64,000 bases of DNA from an uncultured Armatimonadetes bacterium. GTDB lineage: Bacteria > Armatimonadota > UBA5829 > DTJY01. Shown in pieces: positions 49,257 to 58,989 of this stretch (positions within the stretch are counted from its first letter, which is position 1; every line of letters begins with the position of its first letter). Where the stretch lies: NCBI GenBank assembly GCA_963717145.1, contig OY970325.1, positions 2,503,949-2,567,948 on the forward strand. The letters run 5' to 3'. The notes beneath the pieces were generated by a model. That model made no database searches. It worked only from the letters and a program-made list of their open reading frames with translations, and was not told the DNA's origin. The position numbers and the translations under genes were made by a program.

Positions 49257-50723
49257 GTAACAGTTCAGGCTTAGGGATTATTTTGTCTGTAAGAAGAAGG
49301 AACCTGCTGGGAGCGTCTCGAACCAAGGAGTGTGAGCGAGCAATCCAAGCCGACATACGAGGAGCTTGAGGCCAGGGTCAGCCAGTTGGAAGGTCTAGTT
49401 CCCCAACTCGTGGCGCGTATCGGCGACCTGGAGAAGGAGAACGAAGACCTTCGCGCCAGGCTTTCCGGCGGTGATGGCAGTTCCCCATCCGTGCCTGACT
49501 GGGTGAAGCCGAACCGCAAAGAGCGCCGGGCAGCTGAACGAAAGAAGCGCAAGAAGTCGTTCGTGCGCAGGCGGGAGACACCCACCCGTGTAGTCGAGCA
49601 CGCGCACTCGAAGTGTCCGGACTGCGGCCGAGCGCTCACAGGGGGCACGGTAAAGAGACTCCGCCAAGTCATCGACATCCCCATCGTGCCTGTGGACGTA
49701 GTCGAGCACAGGTTCATCGCCAGAAGATGCGGATACTGTGGCAAGAGTCATGTGCCGAAGGTTGACCTTTCCGGCCAGGTTGTAGGCAAGCATCGGGTAG
49801 GCGTGAACCTGATGAGCCTGATATCGTATCTTTCGACGGTAGGTCGCATGACAAAGCGGACGATACAGGGATTGCTGAAGGCTCTGTATGGTCTTCAGCT
49901 CTCTGTGGGAGAGATAAGCGAGATATTGCACACGGTGGCAGACTGTGGCAAAAAAGAGAAAGAGCGGCTACTCTCGCTTGTACGTGGAAGCCCATACATA
50001 AACGCAGACGAGACGGGCTGGAGAGAGGATGGGCTGAACGGATACATCTGGACCTTCTCCACTAAGAACGTGCGCTACTTCATCTACCGGCGGAGTCGGA
50101 GTGGAGAGATCCCGAAGGAAACGATAGGCGGCGACTACGAAGGGGTAGTGGTAACGGATTGCTATGCCGGATACAACCCGGTAGTTGCAGACCGCCAGAT
50201 ATGCTGGGCACATCTGGCCAGGGATCTGCACAAACTGAAGGAGAGGAACGCGGACGACACGGGCGTCATCGCATGGGCGGATGCGGTGAAGGGTGTTTAC
50301 GATCGGGCAAAGGAGTTCCGGAGCAAGAAGGCGGAGGTTCGCAAGTGGAAGCGAGTACTCTTCGAGGAAGAGGTAGAGGCGCTCTCAGGTCCGTATGTCG
50401 GCTCAGATGCTCCACAGCAGACGCTGGCAAAGAGATTCATAGATCGCTTGCACGAGTTGTTCATGTTCGTAGAGTACCCGGAAGTACCGTCGGACAACAA
50501 TGGCGCAGAACGAGCGCTGAGGCCGTGTGTGATCGCCCGCAAGGTATGCGGAGGCACACGAAGCGCGAAGGGTTCCGAGACAAAGATGACGCTCATGAGT
50601 CTGTTTGGCACATGGCACGTCAGGGGTCTGGACATGCTCGAATCATGCAGGCAACTGCTCGCAGGCAAGTCTGTCCTCTTCCCTGCCTGATCAAACTCGT
50701 TATCCCCAAGCGTGAACTGTTAC
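49257..50723 (+). mobile_element. IS66-family insertion sequence, copy 3 (inverted relative to copies 1/2) with perfect 8-bp target-site duplication AAAGACGT
   Basis: aaagacgt at 49249-49256 and again at 50724-50731 flank a 1467-bp unit with the same GTAA-initiated inverted repeats. Confidence 0.9.
49332..50690 (+). CDS. IS66-family transposase (copy 3)
   Basis: Track ORF, 452 aa, GTG start with AAGGAG 1 nt upstream (49325-49330); identical protein to copies 1 and 2. Confidence 0.85.
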   Translation: MSEQSKPTYEELEARVSQLEGLVPQLVARIGDLEKENEDLRARLSGGDGSSPSVPDWVKPNRKERRAAERKKRKKSFVRRRETPTRVVEHAHSKCPDCGRALTGGTVKRLRQVIDIPIVPVDVVEHRFIARRCGYCGKSHVPKVDLSGQVVGKHRVGVNLMSLISYLSTVGRMTKRTIQGLLKALYGLQLSVGEISEILHTVADCGKKEKERLLSLVRGSPYINADETGWREDGLNGYIWTFSTKNVRYFIYRRSRSGEIPKETIGGDYEGVVVTDCYAGYNPVVADRQICWAHLARDLHKLKERNADDTGVIAWADAVKGVYDRAKEFRSKKAEVRKWKRVLFEEEVEALSGPYVGSDAPQQTLAKRFIDRLHELFMFVEYPEVPSDNNGAERALRPCVIARKVCGGTRSAKGSETKMTLMSLFGTWHVRGLDMLESCRQLLAGKSVLFPA

Positions 50724-50730
50724 AAAGACG

Positions 50731-50760
50731 TTGATCTCTCAGGCGGACTTGTGATATACT
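50731..50760 (+). promoter_or_regulatory. Candidate sigma-70-type promoter upstream of rpsB (TTGATC, 18-nt spacer, TGaTATACT)
   Basis: Sequence pattern only; the -35 hexamer overlaps the last base of the IS copy 3 target duplication. Confidence 0.3.
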
Positions 50761-50839
50761 GCAACGTCCGGCTCATCTGAGACCGGATGATCACACACCT
50801 TCCCGGACTTCGGCGCTGGTGCTTGGCACGTTTTCGTTC

Positions 50840-50898
50840 GGGAGGGCGAGGCTCCGTCCGAGCCGCAATGCCTGGCTCGGACGGAGCCTCGCCCTCCC
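50840..50898. repeat. Perfect 25-bp-stem palindrome (9-nt loop) in the putative rpsB 5' leader
   Basis: gggagggcgaggctccgtccgagcc gcaatgcct ggctcggacggagcctcgccctccc; the preceding cgttcgggaggg matches the start of family E hairpins. Confidence 0.6.
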
Positions 50899-50966
50899 GC
50901 GTGAGCGGAACCAAGTCGGGCCGCGGACTGATGGGAAGGGCGGTATAAACCAGAAGGGAGAATCAG

Positions 50967-51830
50967 TTGAGTTCAATCACCATGAAGGAACTCCTCGAAG
51001 CAGGAGTGCACTTCGGTCACCAGACCCGCAAGTGGAACCCCAAGATGAAGCGGTACATCTACGGTGGCCGAAACGGAATCTACATCATCGACCTCCATCA
51101 GACCCTCAAGCTCTTCGATGTCGCAAGGCAGTTCATCCAGGACGTCGTATCGAGAGGCGAGGTCGTGCTCTTCGTAGGCACGAAGAAGCAGGCCCAGGAC
51201 GCAGTCGAAGAGGCCGCACGGGGCTGTGGGATGTACTGGGTCAACCAGCGCTGGCTCGGCGGCATGATGACAAACTACAAGACGATCAAGATCAGGATCG
51301 ATCGTCTCGCCGAACTGCGCAAGATGGAAGAGGACGGGATTTTCGATCGGCTGACCAAGAAGGAAGCCGCCCTCCTCCGCGAAGAGATGGAGAAGCTGGA
51401 GCGGGTCCTCGGCGGCATCAAGAGCATGCCGAAGCTCCCCGGCGCGATCTACATCGTGGACCTAAAGAAGGAGCACATCGCGCTCGCCGAAGCCCGGAAG
51501 CTCGAGATCCCGGTCGTGGCAATCGTCGATACGAACTGCGATCCGGATGAAGTCGACTACGTTATCCCCGGCAACGACGACGCGATCCGTGCAATCAAGC
51601 TGATCACCGGCAAGATCGCCGACGCGATCGCCGAGGTCCGCCAGATCGAGACCCAGGGCGAAGAAGTCGGAGAGGAAGTCTCCGAGGAAGAGGAAGAAGA
51701 GAAGCCCGAACCCGTCGATGCCATCGTTGATGAGGACCTCGTGATGCTGGGCGAAGCGGACGAACCGGTGGAAGAGGATGAAGCCGCCCGCAAGGTAGTC
51801 GCACCGATCGACGAGGAAGAGGAGGAATAG
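50967..51830 (+). CDS. rpsB: 30S ribosomal protein S2 with acidic C-terminal tail
   Basis: Track ORF; TTG start with GAAGGGAG 6 nt upstream; ...[21 protein letters not shown]...; Glu/Asp-rich C-terminus. Confidence 0.9.
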   Translation: MSSITMKELLEAGVHFGHQTRKWNPKMKRYIYGGRNGIYIIDLHQTLKLFDVARQFIQDVVSRGEVVLFVGTKKQAQDAVEEAARGCGMYWVNQRWLGGMMTNYKTIKIRIDRLAELRKMEEDGIFDRLTKKEAALLREEMEKLERVLGGIKSMPKLPGAIYIVDLKKEHIALAEARKLEIPVVAIVDTNCDPDEVDYVIPGNDDAIRAIKLITGKIADAIAEVRQIETQGEEVGEEVSEEEEEEKPEPVDAIVDEDLVMLGEADEPVEEDEAARKVVAPIDEEEEE

Positions 51831-51835
51831 GACTC

Positions 51836-52435
51836 ATGGCTATCAGTGCCGAGACAGTAAAGGACCTGAGAGAGAAGACCGGCGCCGGAATGATGGACTG
51901 CAAGAGAGCACTCGAGGAGTCTTGCGGCGACATCGAGAAGGCGATCAACATATTGCGCGAGAAGGGCTCGGCCGTCCTGGCGAAGCGTGAGTCCAAGGTT
52001 GCCTCCGAAGGGACCGTGGAGGTCTACATCCACACAGGCGGGAAGATCGGCGTCCTCGTCGAGTTGAACTGCGAGACCGATTTCGTCGCCAAGACCGACG
52101 ATTTCAAGCAGTTGGCAAAGGACGTCGCCATGCACATCTCCTGGAGCAATCCGGAGTACCTGACTCGCGAGGAGATCCCTTGCGAGAAGCTGGAGTGCGA
52201 GCGCGAGATCCACAAGCAGTGGGCGCTGAACCAGGGCAAGCCCGAGGCCGCTCTCCCGAAGATCGTCGAGGGCCGCATGGAGAAATACTTTTCCACGGTA
52301 GTCCTGCTCGATCAGCCGTTCATCAAGAACGAGGACATGACTATCGGCGAACTCGTTCGAGAGAAGGCCGGCAAGATTGGCGAGAAGATCGGCGTCCGCC
52401 GGTTCGCGCGCTTCAGAGTCGGCGAAGAACTCTAA
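51836..52435 (+). CDS. tsf: Elongation factor Ts
   Basis: Track ORF, 199 aa; MAISAETVKDLREKTGAGMMDCKRALEE.... Confidence 0.85.
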   Translation: MAISAETVKDLREKTGAGMMDCKRALEESCGDIEKAINILREKGSAVLAKRESKVASEGTVEVYIHTGGKIGVLVELNCETDFVAKTDDFKQLAKDVAMHISWSNPEYLTREEIPCEKLECEREIHKQWALNQGKPEAALPKIVEGRMEKYFSTVVLLDQPFIKNEDMTIGELVREKAGKIGEKIGVRRFARFRVGEEL

Positions 52436-52437
52436 CA

Positions 52438-52546
52438 GGGAAATGGTTGATGGTTAATTGTTGATGGCAGAGGGGAATGGTTCATGGTTTTCATTCCCCA
52501 TTTCCCATTAACCATCGACCATCAACCATTTCCCCCATCAACCATT
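52438..52546. repeat. Palindromic repeat, family D (composite), between tsf and pyrH
   Basis: gggaaatggttgatggttaattgttgatgg ... ccattaaccatcgaccatcaaccatttcc, immediately preceding the pyrH ATG. Confidence 0.5.
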
Positions 52547-53278
52547 ATGAAACCAGAACCTCCGAGATGGAAGAGAGTCCTGCTCAAGTTGAGTGGTGAG
52601 GCATTCGCCGGCGATCAGGGCTTCGGCATCGATCCGGACGCCGTCAAGCGACTGGCAGAGGACATCCTCGAAACCAGGCAGGTCGGCATCGATGTGGCAG
52701 TGGTGGTCGGCGGCGGGAACATCATTCGCGGCGGAAGGGCCTCCAGCAAGGGCGTGGACAGGGCGAGCGCCGACTACATGGGAATGCTCGGCACAGTGAT
52801 CAACGCACTGGCGCTCCAGGATGCCCTCGAGAAGCTGGGCGCCGACACCAGAGTCCAGACCGCCATCACCATGTCCGCGGTGGCCGAGCCGTTCATCCGC
52901 CGGCGCGCCATACGACATATGGAGAAGGGGCGGATCGTCATCCTCGCGGCCGGGACGGGTATGCCGTATTTCACCACGGATACGGCGGCCGTCCAGCGCG
53001 CACTCGAAATCCACGCCGAAGCAGTCCTCAAGGGCACGAATGTGGATGGAGTGTATGACCAGGATCCCAGAAAGTGCCCGGATGCCGTCAAGTTCGAGCA
53101 GTTGGACTTCATGGACGCGATCAGCAAAGGGCTCGGCATCATGGACCTCACCGCGTTCTCGCTCTGCAAGGAATACGATCTACCGATAGTGGTATTCAAC
53201 ATCAACACGCCGGGGAACCTCAAGCGCGTCGTCTGCGGCGAGGCGATCGGCACTTACGTTGGGAGGGCCAACCAATGA
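52547..53278 (+). CDS. pyrH: Uridylate kinase
   Basis: Track ORF 52484..53278 trimmed to [19 protein letters not shown]...; ...[11 protein letters not shown]... motif. Confidence 0.9.
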   Translation: MKPEPPRWKRVLLKLSGEAFAGDQGFGIDPDAVKRLAEDILETRQVGIDVAVVVGGGNIIRGGRASSKGVDRASADYMGMLGTVINALALQDALEKLGADTRVQTAITMSAVAEPFIRRRAIRHMEKGRIVILAAGTGMPYFTTDTAAVQRALEIHAEAVLKGTNVDGVYDQDPRKCPDAVKFEQLDFMDAISKGLGIMDLTAFSLCKEYDLPIVVFNINTPGNLKRVVCGEAIGTYVGRANQ

Positions 53279-53832
53279 TCACTGAAGTGATGAACGAAGC
53301 CGAACGGAAGATGAAGAAAGCGGTGGAAGCCGCACAGCAGGACTACACAACGATACGCACCGGACGTGCGAACCCGGCTCTGCTCGAGAAGATTACGGTC
53401 GACATGTACGGCAGCGCGATGCCTGTGAACCAGCTTGCCACCATATCCGTACCGGAGCCGAGGCAGCTCGTCATAGCCCCGTGGGACAAGACCGCGATCG
53501 CAGCCATCGAGCGCGCGATCCAGAAGTCGGACCTGGCGCTGACTCCATCGAGCGACGGCAACGTCATCCGCCTCAACATTCCTCACCTGACCGAGGAGAG
53601 GCGCAAGGACATGATCAAGATCCTCCACAAGAAGGCCGAGGAGCATCGGGTCGCCGTGCGGAACGTCCGCCGTGAGGCGAACGAGGACCTGAAGAAACTC
53701 GAGAAGGCGCACGAGGCGTCGGAGGACGATGTCCGGCGGAATCAGGAGCAGGTCCAGAAGATTACCGACAAGTACATCGAGCAGATCGATGTCATCACTC
53801 ACGCCAAAGAGGCGGAGTTGATGGAAGTCTAG
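53275..53832 (+). CDS. frr: Ribosome recycling factor
   Basis: Track ORF 53074..53832 trimmed to [19 protein letters not shown]...; ATGA overlap with the pyrH stop. Confidence 0.9.
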   Translation: MITEVMNEAERKMKKAVEAAQQDYTTIRTGRANPALLEKITVDMYGSAMPVNQLATISVPEPRQLVIAPWDKTAIAAIERAIQKSDLALTPSSDGNVIRLNIPHLTEERRKDMIKILHKKAEEHRVAVRNVRREANEDLKKLEKAHEASEDDVRRNQEQVQKITDKYIEQIDVITHAKEAELMEV

Positions 53833-53914
53833 AGTGACGGAGTGCAAGTGCGGGGTATGGGAGTATGGGAGTGTGGGGATAGCCCATGCTCCCTTTCAGC
53901 TTTGAGGTAGTGTA

Positions 53915-54691
53915 GTGACAAACCCGGAGCAGGTTCAATACGAGATCGGCATCGCGCTCGACCCGGATCGGATGCCCGAGCACGTCGCGATCATCATGGA
54001 CGGCAACGGCCGGTGGGCGACCGAGCAGGGACTCCCGCGCATCATGGGCCACCACGAAGGCTACCAGACCGTCCTCAAGATCGTGCGCGCCGCCGACGAC
54101 CTGGGTGTCGGGGCTCTGACCCTCTACACGTTCTCGACCGAGAACTGGCGGCGTCCGAAGGATGAGGTCGAAATGCTGATGGCCCTCATCGAGGATGCCA
54201 CCCGGAACGAACTCCCCATGATGCTGGAGAACAACATCAGGCTGCGAGTCTCCGGCCGGGTATCGGAGCTGCCGGACTCCCTGCAGTCGGCGCTCAACGA
54301 CAATATCGAGCGGACGAAGAGCAACACGGGACTCGTGCTGAACCTGGCGATCAACTACGGCGGACGGGGGGAGATCCTCGATGCGGTCCGGGAGGCGTGC
54401 CGGCGCGTGCGGGCGGGTGAACTCGACCCGGAGACGATCGATGAGACGTACTTCTCCCATCTGCTGTACACTGCGGGGCTGCCCGACCCGGATCTGATGA
54501 TCCGCACGGCCGGCGAGCTTCGGGTAAGCAATTTCCTGCTCTGGCAGATCGCCTACGCCGAGATCTGGGTGACCCCCACCCTATGGCCGGACTTCCGGAA
54601 GGCCGACCTTGTCCACGCGATCGCCGATTTCCAAAAGCGCACCCGCAAGTTCGGATCTGTTTCTTCCTTACCAGGAGGTACACGCCAATGA
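53915..54691 (+). CDS. uppS: Isoprenyl transferase (undecaprenyl diphosphate synthase)
   Basis: Track ORF, 258 aa; ...HVAIIMDGNGRWA... and ...RTAGELRVSNFLLWQIAYAE.... Confidence 0.85.
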   Translation: MTNPEQVQYEIGIALDPDRMPEHVAIIMDGNGRWATEQGLPRIMGHHEGYQTVLKIVRAADDLGVGALTLYTFSTENWRRPKDEVEMLMALIEDATRNELPMMLENNIRLRVSGRVSELPDSLQSALNDNIERTKSNTGLVLNLAINYGGRGEILDAVREACRRVRAGELDPETIDETYFSHLLYTAGLPDPDLMIRTAGELRVSNFLLWQIAYAEIWVTPTLWPDFRKADLVHAIADFQKRTRKFGSVSSLPGGTRQ

Positions 54692-55107
54692 CACGATCCA
54701 AAGGGCTTGCCGTCACAGTTGTCATCATCGCAGCGGCGGCCAACCTTTTCATCCTTGGGGAGATTCTTTCCATCCTGCTCGGTCTGTATCGCGAACGCAC
54801 CGACATGCCCCTCCTGACGCTGGGCATACCGCCCGGCCTGGCAGTAGTCGCAAGCAGCATTCTGGCCTGGCTCATTGCCTCGCTGCAGTTGAGGAAAGCA
54901 TCCGTCGCGCGGCTGGACGCAATCGGTTGGGGCGCGCTTGCGGGACTCATCGCGGCGTTGGCGTCCTCCGTGACACTCGGATGGATCCTCATCACGAATC
55001 TGGGCTCATCAATGGTCGGCTCGGTACTGATAATCCTTGCCGTCGGACTCCTATGCGGGCTGTCGGTGCTTTCCGCTGTGATGTGCCGGTATCGAGGTCG
55101 AGGCTAG
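54688..55107 (+). CDS. Small hydrophobic membrane protein (139 aa, about 4 TM) in the position normally held by cdsA
   Basis: Track ORF 54583..55107 trimmed to MTRSKGLAVTVVIIAAAANLF... (AGGAGGT 8 nt upstream); no CdsA signature seen. Confidence 0.5.
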   Translation: MTRSKGLAVTVVIIAAAANLFILGEILSILLGLYRERTDMPLLTLGIPPGLAVVASSILAWLIASLQLRKASVARLDAIGWGALAGLIAALASSVTLGWILITNLGSSMVGSVLIILAVGLLCGLSVLSAVMCRYRGRG

Positions 55108-55115
55108 ACGTCCCC

Positions 55116-56291
55116 ATGAAAAGCATCTCGATCCTCGGGTCCACCGGCTCCATAGGGACGCAGGTCCTCGACATAGTATCGCGGCTACCGAAGCGGCTGG
55201 AAGTCGTTGGACTGGCGGCACATCGCAACGTCGAGCTTCTCGCAGAGCAGGTTCTTCAATATCAGCCATCGGTCGTCTCCATCGGCACGGAAGAAGACGC
55301 CGGGCGACTGCGTACGGAACTCGAACGTCGAACGTCCAACTTCCAACGTCGAACACTGAACTTGGAGATCGTCTGGGGCTCGGAAGGACTCGCCCGGGTC
55401 GCCACAATGGCTGAGGCGCAAACGGTCGTCGTGTCTGTCGCGGGTGCGATCGGACTCGCGCCGACCATCGCGGCGATCAAGGCCGGGAAAGAGATCGCCC
55501 TCGCGAGCAAAGAGGTCCTGGTAGCGGCCGGAAGCCTCGTGACGAAGCTCGCAGAAGAGCATGGAGTTCGACTGCTCCCGATCGACAGCGAGCATTCCGC
55601 CCTCCTCCAGTGCCTGAATGGCGAAGACCCGAAAACGATCCGGCGGCTGATCCTGACCGCGTCAGGCGGCGCATTCCGAGACTGCCCGGTTGAGTCGCTC
55701 AAAACGGCCACCATCGAGCAGGCACTGGCGCATCCAAACTGGACCATGGGCCGGAAGATCACCATCGACTCCGCCACGCTGATGAACAAGTGCCTGGAGA
55801 TCATCGAAGCGCACTGGCTCTTCGGGGTCGAGCCGCAAAAAATCGAGGTTGTTATTCATCCCCAGAGTATAGTACACTCTATGGTAGAGTTCGACGACGG
55901 TTCGACAATCGCGCAGTTGGGAGTGCCCGACATGCGCCTGCCGATCCAGTACGCACTCCTCTATCCTGAGCGGCCGGCAACCGGACTCCCGAGGCTCGAA
56001 ATCACACAGGTCGGGCGTCTCGATTTCCGCGAGCCGGACCTCGAACGCTATCCGGCGCTGAGCCTGGCGTACGAGGCACTCGGCCGGGGCGGGACGATGC
56101 CTGCGGTGATGAATGCGGCAAACGAGAACGCAGTCGGCTTGTTTCTCGATGGAAGGATAGATTTTCTCGACATTTGCGGTATAACGAAGAAAGTCATGAA
56201 GAACCACTCGCCCCTCACGGATCCGAACCTCGAGCAAATCCTCGAGGCGGACACCTGGGGGCGCAGACAGGCTCTGGACTTTCGACTTTAG
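55116..56291 (+). CDS. dxr: 1-deoxy-D-xylulose 5-phosphate reductoisomerase
   Basis: Track ORF 54609..56291 trimmed to MKSISILGSTGSIGTQVLD...; ...LLPIDSEHSA...; contains a short repeat-derived insertion at about 55315-55365. Confidence 0.9.
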   Translation: MKSISILGSTGSIGTQVLDIVSRLPKRLEVVGLAAHRNVELLAEQVLQYQPSVVSIGTEEDAGRLRTELERRTSNFQRRTLNLEIVWGSEGLARVATMAEAQTVVVSVAGAIGLAPTIAAIKAGKEIALASKEVLVAAGSLVTKLAEEHGVRLLPIDSEHSALLQCLNGEDPKTIRRLILTASGGAFRDCPVESLKTATIEQALAHPNWTMGRKITIDSATLMNKCLEIIEAHWLFGVEPQKIEVVIHPQSIVHSMVEFDDGSTIAQLGVPDMRLPIQYALLYPERPATGLPRLEITQVGRLDFREPDLERYPALSLAYEALGRGGTMPAVMNAANENAVGLFLDGRIDFLDICGITKKVMKNHSPLTDPNLEQILEADTWGRRQALDFRL

Positions 56292-56356
56292 ACGTTGGGG
56301 ATGGAGTTGGACTCTATCCCCAACGGCGGACTTTTGACTCGTAGTGGAGGAAGATA

Positions 56357-57415
56357 TTGCCTGACGCAGTAGTGACGGGGCTGGCGCTGATAGTGCTTCT
56401 TGGGACGCTGGTCCTGTTCCATGAGTTCGGACATTTTGCGGTAGCAAAGCTGTTTCGGATCAGGGTGGACGAGTTCGCATTCGGCTTCGGCCCGAAGTGG
56501 ATTCGCCTGTTCAAGCGCGGGGATACGGAGTATACGATCCATCCCGTCCCGCTCGGTGGATTCGTCAAGCTGGCGGGCATGGAACCCGGCGAGGAGGAAG
56601 TCCCGAACGGCTTCAACACCAAACCGGTCTGGCAGCGCATGCTGGTGTACTTCTCCGGGCCGTTCATGAGCTTTGTGCTCGCCGTATTCGTGTTTTCCAT
56701 AATGGGATTCACGGTCGGGTTGCCGATCACCGGCGAAATCGTCAATCGGATAGAGTTGGTGCAGCCCGGCAGCATAGCGGAGAAGGCCGGACTGCGCACG
56801 GCCGATGTTATCGTATCCATCAATGGCAAGCCCATCAGGACCGGCACTGAGATGGTGACCACCATCCATGGCAGCGCCGGCAAGGCGCTGACGTTGATGG
56901 TGCGGCGCAATAATGGAAAGCAGTTGGCCATCCACGCGACCCCGAAGGCCGAGAAGCTTGGCAAGAAGACCGTGGGCCTGCTGGGGTTCATCCCAACTCC
57001 CAAGCTACAGCGGGTCGGTCTTCGAGAGTCGGTTCGCTACGGCGCAATTCAGACCGAAGTGTTCGCGGTCGGCATGTTGCAGTCGATCTTCAGCCGGCAC
57101 GTCAAGGACTCGGTCGGCGGGCCGATTGCTATCGCCGATGCGACTCAGACGAGCGTCAAGCGGGGGCTGTTCGGTTACCTGCAGTTGATGGCGATCCTCA
57201 GCCTGAGCCTGGGCGTGATCAACCTCATCCCGATACCGATCCTGGACGGCGGGGCGATCATGCTGCTCTTGGGCGAGAGGATCAAGGGCAGACGGCTTGC
57301 ACCACGAACGATTGAGGTGGCTCAGAAGATCGGCCTGGCGTTGATCGCAGCATTGTTCATAACCATCATGTACCTCGATCTGAGCCGACTCGCATCGAAT
57401 CAGTTATTCAGGTAG
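56357..57415 (+). CDS. rseP: RIP metalloprotease RseP (site-2 protease)
   Basis: Track ORF, 352 aa; HEFGH zinc motif, PDZ-like middle, C-terminal TM helices. Confidence 0.85.
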   Translation: MPDAVVTGLALIVLLGTLVLFHEFGHFAVAKLFRIRVDEFAFGFGPKWIRLFKRGDTEYTIHPVPLGGFVKLAGMEPGEEEVPNGFNTKPVWQRMLVYFSGPFMSFVLAVFVFSIMGFTVGLPITGEIVNRIELVQPGSIAEKAGLRTADVIVSINGKPIRTGTEMVTTIHGSAGKALTLMVRRNNGKQLAIHATPKAEKLGKKTVGLLGFIPTPKLQRVGLRESVRYGAIQTEVFAVGMLQSIFSRHVKDSVGGPIAIADATQTSVKRGLFGYLQLMAILSLSLGVINLIPIPILDGGAIMLLLGERIKGRRLAPRTIEVAQKIGLALIAALFITIMYLDLSRLASNQLFR

Positions 57416-57420
57416 AGCAG

Positions 57421-58485
57421 ATGCTTGAGCGGCGAAAGACAAGGCAGGTTCGGGTTGCGGACTTGCTCATCGGCGGGGATGCAGCGGTGTCGGTGCAGTC
57501 GATGACCAACACCGCGACTACGGATGTCGCCGCCACCGTGCAGCAGATACGCCAGCTCGAGGAAGCCGGCTGCGACTTGGTGCGCGTGGCAGTCCCCGAC
57601 CAGGATGCCGCCGATTCGCTGGCCGAGATCAAGCAGCGCATTCATATCCCACTCGCCGCGGACATCCACTTTGATTACCGGCTCGCGCTCACCGCGATCG
57701 AGCAGGGCGTCGACAAGCTTCGTCTCAATCCCGGCAACATCAAGGACCCGGACAAGATCGCGCTGATCGCGGACCGCGCCAAGGAACGGGGAATCCCGAT
57801 CCGGATCGGCGTCAACGCCGGCTCGATCGACCGGAAGCGCTACGACCTTACCCCCGAGGGCCTCGTACAGAGCGCGCTGGACGAGGTCGCGCTGCTCGAG
57901 TCCCGGGACTTCACCGACATCATCATCAGCCTCAAGGCGTTCGATGTACCAATGACTATCGACGCATACCGACTGATGTCCGAGAAGGTCGATCACCCCC
58001 TGCATATCGGGGTCACGGAGGCCGGCCTCTTGAGACAGGGAACGATCCGCTCGTCGGTCGGGATCGGGGCGCTCCTGGCGATGGGCATCGGTGACACGCT
58101 GAGAGTGTCGTTGACCGCCGATCCGGTCGAGGAGGTCAAGGTCGGAATCGAGATCCTGAAGTCGCTCGACCTCCGACGTCAGGGGTTCACACTGATCTCG
58201 TGCCCGACCTGCGCGCGGTGCGGGATCGACCTCGTCGGCATCGTCACCGAGGTCGAGCGCCGGCTTTTGGAAATGACGGACCGGGCGCCGTTGACTGTGG
58301 CGGTCATGGGCTGCGAGGTCAATGGGCCGGGCGAGGCGCGCGAGGCTGATGTCGGCGTCGCGGGATCGATGGACGGAGGAGTGATTTTCTCAGGCGGGCA
58401 GGCGCTCCGCAAGGTTTCCGCGGCGGACATGGTGAATGAACTCATGGCGGAAGTCCGGCGTGCGGCGGAGAAGAAAGGCGTCTGA
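57421..58485 (+). CDS. ispG: 4-hydroxy-3-methylbut-2-en-1-yl diphosphate synthase
   Basis: Track ORF, 354 aa; ...VSVQSMTNT... and C-terminal CPTCARCG...GCEVNGPGEA Fe-S motif. Confidence 0.9.
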   Translation: MLERRKTRQVRVADLLIGGDAAVSVQSMTNTATTDVAATVQQIRQLEEAGCDLVRVAVPDQDAADSLAEIKQRIHIPLAADIHFDYRLALTAIEQGVDKLRLNPGNIKDPDKIALIADRAKERGIPIRIGVNAGSIDRKRYDLTPEGLVQSALDEVALLESRDFTDIIISLKAFDVPMTIDAYRLMSEKVDHPLHIGVTEAGLLRQGTIRSSVGIGALLAMGIGDTLRVSLTADPVEEVKVGIEILKSLDLRRQGFTLISCPTCARCGIDLVGIVTEVERRLLEMTDRAPLTVAVMGCEVNGPGEAREADVGVAGSMDGGVIFSGGQALRKVSAADMVNELMAEVRRAAEKKGV

Positions 58486-58521
58486 ACCGCCGATGAACGC
58501 AAATGAACGCGGATGGGGAAC

Positions 58522-58989
58522 ATGGAACTTCGAAAGGCTCGAATCGCGGATATACCAGAGATGCAGCGGCTGATCAACGGATTCGCCGACAAGGGCGATC
58601 TGCTCCATCGATCGCTGAGCCAACTATACGAGAACATCCGGGATTTCCATGTATTCGAGGACCAGGGGCGTGTCGTCGGCACGTGCGCGCTGCACGTCAA
58701 CTGGGACGACCTGGCGGAGATTATGGCACTCACAGTCGATGAATCCTGCCAGGGGAAGGGGCTCGGCCTCCAACTCGTCCAATCCTGCATCGAGGACTGC
58801 CGGGCCCTCGGGATACACCGGGTGTTTGCACTCACCTACAAGCCTGAGTTCTTCGTAAAGCATGGGTTCCGATACATCGAGAAGTCGGAGTTGCCTCAGA
58901 AAGTCTGGTCGGAGTGCATCAACTGCGTGAAGTTCCCCGACTGCGGCGAGGTCGCCGTCATCCGGGAATTGGAGGGCAATCATGTCTAA
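58522..58989 (+). CDS. GNAT-family N-acetyltransferase
   Basis: Track ORF 58513..58989 trimmed to MELRKARIADIPEM...; ...QGKGLGLQLV... acetyl-CoA-binding-like motif. Confidence 0.7.
   Translation: MELRKARIADIPEMQRLINGFADKGDLLHRSLSQLYENIRDFHVFEDQGRVVGTCALHVNWDDLAEIMALTVDESCQGKGLGLQLVQSCIEDCRALGIHRVFALTYKPEFFVKHGFRYIEKSELPQKVWSECINCVKFPDCGEVAVIRELEGNHV

Noticed and set aside
50819-51550. Track ORF 50819..51550 (243 aa) spanning the rpsB leader and gene
   Set aside because: It is an alternative frame over rpsB, whose own frame gives an unmistakable S2 protein; the translation is Arg/Gly-rich low complexity.
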